From Eubacteriales bacterium (lineage in GTDB: Bacteria > Bacillota > Clostridia > Oscillospirales > CAG-382), in contig JAQWDK010000004.1 of the NCBI GenBank assembly GCA_028705495.1, positions 17,868 through 81,867 on the forward strand: a stretch of DNA of 64,000 nucleotides, in the 5' to 3' direction. The notes under the pieces are model-generated. The model worked only from the letters and a program-made list of their open reading frames with translations, had not been told where the DNA came from and made no database searches. Made by a program: the position numbers and the translations under genes. Positions 57,631-64,000 of the stretch are shown piece by piece (the stretch's first letter is position 1; each line of letters begins with the position of its first letter).

Positions 57631-57669
57631 TAAAACTCAAACGGCAGAACCGCAGGTTCTGCCGTTTGA
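57631..57669 (-). terminator. Terminator of prs
   Basis: TCAAACGGCAGAACC-n3-GGTTCTGCCGTTTGA followed by a U-run on the minus strand. Confidence 0.85.
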
Positions 57670-57684
57670 CTAATTTTATTTTAT

Positions 57685-58806
57685 TTAATCCCCAGCTGCT
57701 TCGTATCTTTTAATAAGTTGTTGCAGTCTCTTTGTGGCATCGAGGAGTGATGATATAGAGTGGTCAAAGCTGAGGGTGTTGACGATTTTGGCAATGAACT
57801 TTGATAAGTCAACTTCAACAAACCAAGGTCTTTTCTTGACTTCTTCCGGTACATAGGAAAGGTTAGTCGTGAACATCCTTGTCAGCTTTCCTTCTTCGTA
57901 GAGTTTATCAAACTTTTCGACACCTTCTGTAAAGAACGTGAAGGTTGATGCAACATAGGTGTTGCCGATTTTATACTTTCCAATTTCGTTTATAATATCA
58001 ATTATGGACTCGCCCGAAGCTATCATATCATCGACGATAAGAACGTTCTTTCCGCTGAGATCGCCACCGATGTATTCATGCTGAATAATCGGGTTTTTGC
58101 CGTTGACAATTCTTTGGAAATCGCGACGCTTGTAGAACATACCAACATCAAGACCAAGGACATTTGCGTAATAAATCGCTCTGTCCATCGCACCTGTGTC
58201 AGGGCTTATAACGGTCATATTGTCTCTGACAGCCGGTAGACCTTCGGTTTCGATCATCTTCTTAATCATAGTGTATGTCGGATAGATATTCTCGAAAGAG
58301 GTGTTAGGAATGGAGTTGTGAATTGTCGGGTCGTGAACGTCAAAGGTAATAATCGCATTGACACCCATGTTCTGAAGCTCGTTGAGTGCCATTGAGCAGT
58401 CGAGAGATTCTCTACCTTTTCTCTTGTGCTGACGAGAGGCGTAAAGAAGGGGCATTATAACAGTTACCCTATTAGCCTTACCGCCGATTGCCGAGAGAGT
58501 TCTCTTGATATCCTGGAAATGCTCGTCCGGTCCCATTTTGTTTTCAAAGCCGAACATTCGGTAGGTTTCGCTGTAGTTTCCGACATCCGCAAGAATGTAG
58601 ATATCTTTACCGCGTACAGAATCGAGGAGTTTTACCTTACCTTCTCCGTTTGAAAAACGAACCTGTTCGATAGGTATAAGATAGGACTGAACGCTGTGCC
58701 CGGAGCCTCTCATACCAACGATATGTTGGTCAATCATATCTCCAAGCTTATTGCAGCTTTTTAGAGCAATGATGCCAAGCTCGCCGTGATTCATGGTTTC
58801 GGTCAT
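57685..58806 (-). CDS. prs: Ribose-phosphate pyrophosphokinase (long, divergent form)
   Basis: 373 aa. PRPP-binding loop LIVDDMIASGESI. N-terminal Pribosyltran_N-like half (RFSNGEGKVKL, GKDIYILADV). Confidence 0.75.
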   Translation of the reverse strand: MTETMNHGELGIIALKSCNKLGDMIDQHIVGMRGSGHSVQSYLIPIEQVRFSNGEGKVKLLDSVRGKDIYILADVGNYSETYRMFGFENKMGPDEHFQDIKRTLSAIGGKANRVTVIMPLLYASRQHKRKGRESLDCSMALNELQNMGVNAIITFDVHDPTIHNSIPNTSFENIYPTYTMIKKMIETEGLPAVRDNMTVISPDTGAMDRAIYYANVLGLDVGMFYKRRDFQRIVNGKNPIIQHEYIGGDLSGKNVLIVDDMIASGESIIDIINEIGKYKIGNTYVASTFTFFTEGVEKFDKLYEEGKLTRMFTTNLSYVPEEVKKRPWFVEVDLSKFIAKIVNTLSFDHSISSLLDATKRLQQLIKRYEAAGD

Positions 58807-58962
58807 GTAAAAAAACCTCCAAAAGAATTATTTATTTTACAAAAATCGCGCTATATTATAATTCTATAAAATATATCCGATTTAGTAAATGGACAAAATT
58901 GATGAAAATAAGGGTTGGGAATGAATTGATTTGTGCATTAATTTCTCTCAACCCTTATTTTT

Positions 58963-60033
58963 CTATATTATTTCAAGATAATCCCTGTCCGGTAGCTTAG
59001 GGAATTTTGCAGACGGTAGTGTTTGATACCAATAAGCAACAGATGATATGTCATCCTGACGAGGAAGGTATCTTCCACCGCTGCGCCAGCCGAGAGCCTG
59101 AATAGTTACACGAAGGTCAGTTTCGAACCTTATCGGGTCATTTATATGCCAGCGGTATAGCCCGAATCTTTGATTTGCTGAGTAAAGCCCGTCGGGACGG
59201 GTAACTGTCGGCATACCGCTATATGGAGTGGTGTACTCTGTATATTTTCCGTTAACATCGAAATTATATGCACCGCCGAAATAATCCTCTGTGCCAGTGC
59301 CGCAAATTGTCGGGAATTCGTCGTCGCCGTCAATGTAAAATTTGACTTCTCCTTCGCCCCACCAACCGTTGTTGTTGACACCCCAAGTCATATAAGTGCC
59401 GACAAATTGACCTTTGCCGGTTACACCGTCAAGGATAGTATAGATATCTTTATAGGGTAGCGGATTACGGCGTCGGAACTGAGCATGGAAATAGGCAGCA
59501 TCATCGGGAACTTCGGTCAATGAGTAGTCAACCTGATAGTAAAAGTAGTAACCTTTGTCATCAAGGTTTTCGACAGTCATACGGCAGCTTTTTTTGAAAG
59601 GCATATCCCAATAGCAATTTAAGCTCTTGTTAGGGTTACAGCAAACCGCGAGAGAGCTGATTTGATAGTGTGTGTCGAAAGGGTTACAGAAAAAATCACC
59701 AATGGGGACTTCAACTGAAGGTGTTTCTGAGCCATCCCAGTAGATACGAAGAATTACAAGTCTTGAGTTTACAGTAGTCCAAATATGGTTGATCACACCC
59801 GGTCCATCGATCGCGGCAATTTCGACTGTCTTTCCAGCCTCAAGGATGAAATATGGAGACACCTTCCAGCCCTGACCGAGGTCTCTTGCACACTGCATCC
59901 CAGTGCCTTCAGTTGCCATACCGCCTTTACCCTTTTCGCCTGTAAAGTTTTCTGCAGAAATGGACCTTGATTTTGCATCAGACAGCATAAACAGATTTGA
60001 CATATTGCTTCCAATACCGTTAAATTTATACAT
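58963..60033 (-). CDS. DUF2961 / glycoside hydrolase family 172-like protein
   Basis: 356 aa. RSISAENFTGEKGKGG, GPGVINHIWTT and a beta-sandwich-like composition, as I recall for DUF2961. Not verified. Confidence 0.55.
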   Translation of the reverse strand: MYKFNGIGSNMSNLFMLSDAKSRSISAENFTGEKGKGGMATEGTGMQCARDLGQGWKVSPYFILEAGKTVEIAAIDGPGVINHIWTTVNSRLVILRIYWDGSETPSVEVPIGDFFCNPFDTHYQISSLAVCCNPNKSLNCYWDMPFKKSCRMTVENLDDKGYYFYYQVDYSLTEVPDDAAYFHAQFRRRNPLPYKDIYTILDGVTGKGQFVGTYMTWGVNNNGWWGEGEVKFYIDGDDEFPTICGTGTEDYFGGAYNFDVNGKYTEYTTPYSGMPTVTRPDGLYSANQRFGLYRWHINDPIRFETDLRVTIQALGWRSGGRYLPRQDDISSVAYWYQTLPSAKFPKLPDRDYLEII

Positions 60034-60174
60034 ATCTTTTCCTTTCTTGGCCAGATATATTATAATAAACTGCTCCCCAAATATTATACATTATATAAGG
60101 TTGATTTTCAATCACTATTATGGAAAAAAATCTGATTTTAAAGGAAAAAAATCAGTTATCGTTATTGTATACAA

Positions 60175-60221
60175 ACACAACATATTGTTTTTTGTGCAAG
60201 ATTTCGGTCAATATATAGTTG
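60175..60221 (+). promoter_or_regulatory. Tandem NrdR boxes upstream of nrdD
   Basis: ACACAACATATTGTTT (60175-90; 14/16 to the recalled consensus acaCwAtATaTwGtgt) and GGTCAATATATAGTTG (60206-21; core CAATATATAG). The box starts are 31 bp apart. Box 2 overlaps the -35 of TTGTTT-17-TGcTATACT (60219-47). Confidence 0.6.
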
Positions 60222-60339
60222 TTTTTATTTTTTTGATATGCTATACTAAATCATCGGAGTTAACACCTCCGGTTAAACATCGACACTGCAAAAATAACAA
60301 CTAATTAAACCAACTACATATGTCTGAAAGGAAAGCATC

Positions 60340-62466
60340 ATGAAGGTCATCAAACGAGACGGCCAGACCGTCGATTTCGACAGAAGCAAAATTATAAAAG
60401 CTATTAAAAAGGCCAACCTTGCGGTTGAAGAAGAGGACCGTTTGTCTGAAGACGAAATTGAAGAAATCGTTTCTTCGATTGAGTCGAAAAACCGCTCACG
60501 CCTACTTGTTGAGGATATACAGGACATGGTCGAGTCTGGGATCATGGCAAAAGGGAAGTTCAACCTCGGCAAAGCATATATAATCTATCGCTATTCAAGA
60601 GCGCTTGTCCGTAAAGCCAACACCACGGACGAATCGATATTGAGCCTTATAAAGAACTCAAATAAAGATGTTATGGAGGAAAACTCCAACAAAAATGCCG
60701 TAACGGCTGCAACACAGCGTGATCTTATTGCAGGCGAAGTGTCAAAAGACCTTACGAAAAGAATTCTTCTTCCAGAAAAAATTATAAAAGCGCACGAAGA
60801 GGGCGCGATACATTTTCATGATGCGGATTACTTCCTCCAACCGATTTTTAACTGCTGCCTTATAAATATCGGTGATATGCTTGATAACGGAACCGTAATG
60901 AACGGTAAAATGATTGAAACACCGAAAAGCTTCCAGGTAGCCTGCACGGTACTGACCCAGATTATCGCTGCTGTCGCTAGCAGTCAATATGGCGGTCAGT
61001 CGGTGGATATACGCCATCTAGGTAAATATCTTCGCACGAGTTACAATAAATTCAAAACTCAAATTACTGCCGAGTGCGATGGTGAAGTCCCTGAAGCAAT
61101 TATCGAAAAAATCGTTGATGCAAGACTCAAGGACGAGCTTCGTTCCGGGGTTCAAACAATACAGTACCAAATCAATACACTAATGACGACCAACGGACAG
61201 TCTCCGTTCGTTACTCTTTTCCTGAACCTTCAAGAAGATGATGAATATATAAAAGAAAACGCTCTTATCATCGAGGAAATTCTCCGCCAGCGTATCAAGG
61301 GGGTAAAAAACCAAGCTGGTGTTTATGTAACGCCCGCATTCCCAAAGCTTATTTATGTTCTCGACGAACACAACAATTTAACCGGTGGAAAGTACGATTA
61401 CCTCACGAAGCTTGCCGTAGTCTGTTCGTCGAAAAGGCTTTATCCGGATTACATTTCAGCGAAGAAAATGCGTGAAAATTATGAAGGTAATGTTTTCAGC
61501 TGCATGGGTTGCCGTAGCTTTTTAACACCATGGAAGAACGAAAAGGGCGAGTACCAATTCGAGGGCAGATTTAATCAAGGTGTTGTCAGCCTGAACCTTC
61601 CTCAAATTGCGATCCTTTCGAAGGGTGACGAAGACAAGTTCTGGAGTCTTCTTGACGAAAGGCTTGAGCTTTGCCGCGAGGCGCTTATGTGCCGTCATAA
61701 TGCGCTCAGGGAAGTCACTTCGGACACAAGCCCCGTTCACTGGCAGTACGGAGCAATAGCAAGGCTTGGCAGGGGCGAGAAAATTGAAAAGTATCTGATG
61801 GATGGCTATTCTACTATTTCGCTGGGCTATATAGGTATTTTTGAGATGACAAAACTCATGACGGGTGTCAGCCATACTGATCCTGCAGGCACGGAATTTG
61901 CACTCAGTGTTATGAAACATATGCGCGCAGCATGCGATAAATGGAAGAAGGAAACCGGTATTGGATTCGGTCTTTACGGTACGCCAGCGGAATCCCTATG
62001 CTACCGCTTTGCAAGAATAGATAAAAAGCGCTTCGGTACGATAGAGGATGTCACCGACAAAGGCTACTACACAAATTCCTATCATGTTGATGTTCGAGAA
62101 GATATTGATGTTTTCAGCAAATTCGATTTCGAAAGCCAGTTCCAGAAAATTTCGTCCGGCGGTGCGATCTCATATGCTGAAATTCCAAACATGGGGCACA
62201 ACCTCGAAGCTCTTGAAGAAATTGTAGGCTATATCTACGAAAACATCCAATACGCAGAGTTTAATACAAAGTCCGACTACTGCCAGAAATGCGGTTTTGA
62301 CGGTGAAATTATCATCAACGATGACGACGAGTGGGAGTGCCCCAACTGTCATAACAAAGAACACGCAACACTCAATGTCACAAGGCGCACCTGTGGTTAT
62401 CTTGGCGAGAACTTCTGGAATGTCGGTAAGACAAAAGAAATCAAGGCAAGGGTGCTGCATATATAA
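60340..62466 (+). CDS. nrdD: Anaerobic ribonucleoside-triphosphate reductase (class III)
   Basis: 708 aa. N-terminal ATP-cone. C-terminal Zn ribbon CQKCGF...CPNCH. Glycyl-radical motif RRTCGYLG. Confidence 0.95.
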   Translation: MKVIKRDGQTVDFDRSKIIKAIKKANLAVEEEDRLSEDEIEEIVSSIESKNRSRLLVEDIQDMVESGIMAKGKFNLGKAYIIYRYSRALVRKANTTDESILSLIKNSNKDVMEENSNKNAVTAATQRDLIAGEVSKDLTKRILLPEKIIKAHEEGAIHFHDADYFLQPIFNCCLINIGDMLDNGTVMNGKMIETPKSFQVACTVLTQIIAAVASSQYGGQSVDIRHLGKYLRTSYNKFKTQITAECDGEVPEAIIEKIVDARLKDELRSGVQTIQYQINTLMTTNGQSPFVTLFLNLQEDDEYIKENALIIEEILRQRIKGVKNQAGVYVTPAFPKLIYVLDEHNNLTGGKYDYLTKLAVVCSSKRLYPDYISAKKMRENYEGNVFSCMGCRSFLTPWKNEKGEYQFEGRFNQGVVSLNLPQIAILSKGDEDKFWSLLDERLELCREALMCRHNALREVTSDTSPVHWQYGAIARLGRGEKIEKYLMDGYSTISLGYIGIFEMTKLMTGVSHTDPAGTEFALSVMKHMRAACDKWKKETGIGFGLYGTPAESLCYRFARIDKKRFGTIEDVTDKGYYTNSYHVDVREDIDVFSKFDFESQFQKISSGGAISYAEIPNMGHNLEALEEIVGYIYENIQYAEFNTKSDYCQKCGFDGEIIINDDDEWECPNCHNKEHATLNVTRRTCGYLGENFWNVGKTKEIKARVLHI

Positions 62467-62555
62467 TACTAATCTCAGATAAAAGTAACGATAAAAATAT
62501 CGTTTACTCAATTTTATCGACGTTTATAATTGAGATTGGTATAGGAGGGTTCTTC

Positions 62556-63086
62556 TTGAACTATGCAAAAATCAAACCTCATGACATATCAAACGGAACG
62601 GGAATAAGAGTTTCTTTATTTGTGAGCGGATGCAACCATGGTTGTAAGGGCTGTTTCAACAGCGAAGCATGGGATTTCGGTTATGGTAAACCCTACACTG
62701 AAGCACAGACTGAGCAGATACTTAAATCTCTTGAACCTGACTATATAAAGGGGTTCTCCTTGCTCGGAGGAGAACCCTTTGATCCGAATAATCAACCTAC
62801 AGTTTTAGAAATTCTGAAAAGAGTTAAAAGCGAATATCCGGAAAAATCAGTTTGGTGCTATACTGGATATGATCTTGAAAAAGAACTGCTTGCAGGAAAA
62901 GCTGAAAGCATCGAAACAGTTGAAGAAATTCTCGGATATATAGACATCCTCGTTGACGGAAGATTTGTTGAGGAACTAAAAAACATAAAAATAAAATTCA
63001 GAGGTTCAGAAAACCAAAGAATTATAGATGTGAAAAAATCCCTGAAACAAGGCAACATAGAACTATGGGACGGTAGTTACATCTAA
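62556..63086 (+). CDS. nrdG: Anaerobic RNR activating protein (radical SAM)
   Basis: 176 aa. The TTG start follows GGAGGG. Cluster motif GCNHGCKGCFN. Confidence 0.9.
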   Translation: MNYAKIKPHDISNGTGIRVSLFVSGCNHGCKGCFNSEAWDFGYGKPYTEAQTEQILKSLEPDYIKGFSLLGGEPFDPNNQPTVLEILKRVKSEYPEKSVWCYTGYDLEKELLAGKAESIETVEEILGYIDILVDGRFVEELKNIKIKFRGSENQRIIDVKKSLKQGNIELWDGSYI

Positions 63087-63090
63087 AAAA

Positions 63091-63546
63091 ATGGAGAAAA
63101 AAGCAATGCAAAAAGTGAAAATAAGAAAGTTAAACGAAAAAGCAGTACTTCCGACATACGGCTCAGAATATGCAGCAGGCGCGGATTTATACGCTTGTAT
63201 CGATAATACGGTAACAATAGCTCCAGGTGAAACAGTTTTGATAAAAACCGGGCTTGCAGCAGAAATACCGACAGGGTATGCGGGTCTTATTTACGCGCGA
63301 AGCGGTCTTGCGTCCAAAAAGGGACTCGCGCCGGCAAATAAAGTCGGTGTTATCGATTCCGATTACCGCGGTGAAATAATGGTCGCGCTGCATAATCACT
63401 CAAAAAACCCAGCCATTATCGAGAGCGGAGAAAGAATCGCACAGCTTGTGGTCACACCGTTTTTAAGAGTTGATTTTATAGAATCTGAAGAACTTTCAGA
63501 CACGACAAGAGGTACAGGCGGTTTTGGTTCTACGGGGACAAAGTAA
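63091..63546 (+). CDS. dut: dUTP diphosphatase
   Basis: GSEYAAGADLYA, VIDSDYRGEIMV, C-terminal RGTGGFGSTG. The start is 63091 or ATG 63106 (GGAG 10 nt upstream). Confidence 0.9.
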   Translation: MEKKAMQKVKIRKLNEKAVLPTYGSEYAAGADLYACIDNTVTIAPGETVLIKTGLAAEIPTGYAGLIYARSGLASKKGLAPANKVGVIDSDYRGEIMVALHNHSKNPAIIESGERIAQLVVTPFLRVDFIESEELSDTTRGTGGFGSTGTK

Positions 63547-63560
63547 TCGAATATAGTAAA

Positions 63561-63607
63561 AAGGACTGTTTCGACAATTAACTTTGTCGAAACAGTCCTT
63601 GAGTTTT
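63561..63607 (+). terminator. Strong terminator after dut
   Basis: AAGGACTGTTTCGACAA-n6-TTGTCGAAACAGTCCTT (17 bp) followed by gagtttta. Confidence 0.85.
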
Positions 63608-63871
63608 ATGAGCTTTATTTTGACTTTATTGCTGCCTGTGCAGAACGGTACTCAGGTAGGCGTTTGGGAACAACAGCTCCTTATTCGTCTGATTCCTTAT
63701 CATATAAATCCAGTGATGCTATTCCTCCATTTTGGTCATTTAAAATTAGTTTTGAAGAAGCTGAAAAATATCGTAAATCATGTGGCTTCTATCTTCGTAA
63801 AAATCAATGGGAAGATATGACGATTGATTTATATCTCTAAACAAATGCAACTATTTTTAATATTCATTATG

Positions 63872-63908
63872 GCCGCTTGTTTTTTTATAAAAGCAAGCGG
63901 CTTTTTTT
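63872..63908 (+). terminator. Rho-independent terminator closing the 63.6-63.87 kb segment
   Basis: GCCGCTTG-n14-CAAGCGGC plus TTTTTTT. Confidence 0.7.
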
Positions 63909-63967
63909 ATTGCCGATTTTACATAGCCTCACCTTAACGGGCGGGGCTAAATTGATGAAAGGAGGTA

Positions 63968-64000
63968 AAAAGATTGATATGCAAGTCAAAATTTCCATGC
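63968..64000 (+). CDS. 5' end of an ORF running off the window
   Basis: aaaggaggt RBS 12 nt before ATG 63968 (MQVKISM...). Too short to name. Confidence 0.35.

Noticed and set aside
59903-60304. 133-aa + strand ORF spanning the GH172 5' end and the nrdD upstream region
   Set aside because: It is antisense to the GH172-like gene start and then runs through the AT-rich promoter/NrdR-box region. Ile/Phe/Lys-rich AT-driven composition, no RBS.
63584-63820. Tracked 78-aa ORF after dut
   Set aside because: Its TTG start lies inside the 17-bp dut terminator stem and has no RBS. The alternative frame 1 looks more protein-like (reported as a low-interest finding instead).

Overview
This is a chromosomal window from a low-GC Gram-positive anaerobe. 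Gene content and order look Clostridia-like, with frequent TTG/GTG starts, GGAGG-type RBSs, TTGACA/TATAAT promoters and hairpin+T-run terminators. Roughly 85% is core housekeeping. In order: a transglutaminase-like membrane protein; nusB-xseA-xseB-ispA-[large ncRNA]-oapA-dxs-tlyA-nadK-argR-recN; an ABC-2 exporter; dgt-dnaG-rpoD; mtnN-pheS-pheT; pfk, fba and glycerate kinase; DUF1846-rlmH-metY; an LCP protein, a PPTase and gyrA-gyrB-remB-like; tRNA-Glu(CUC); hom; a yeiH-like/lysR pair; prs; tRNA-Gln(UUG); a GH172-like protein; nrdD-nrdG-dut. The main findings are: (1) A 0.66-kb ORF-free, structured gap with its own promoter lies between ispA and a small multi-TM gene upstream of dxs, and matches the published OLE RNA/oapA neighbourhood. 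(2) A low-GC patch (53.2-57.5 kb) abuts tRNA-Gln. It holds orphan small membrane proteins and two tandem modules. Each module is an array of short GC-rich TTG..CAA mini-hairpins joined by conserved A/T linkers that switch polarity mid-array, then a sigma-A promoter, then a four-helix-bundle (23S-IVS-protein family) gene. Both gene copies are damaged, and one is stop/start-coupled (GTGA) to a 79-aa orphan ORF. I cannot assign this to a known element class. (3) A low-GC patch (33.9-36.5 kb) carries a DNA-methylase remnant, a decayed secreted toxin-like gene with a His-Gly...Cys C-terminal module, and a 303-aa membrane-anchored orphan. (4) A surface-anchored alpha/alpha-toroid protein plus a DUF4430 protein could together resemble a split transcobalamin. 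(5) A GNAT-YfhO fusion. I recognised no CRISPR array, transposase, integrase or rRNA. All family calls come from reading motifs and synteny by eye; no searches were run.
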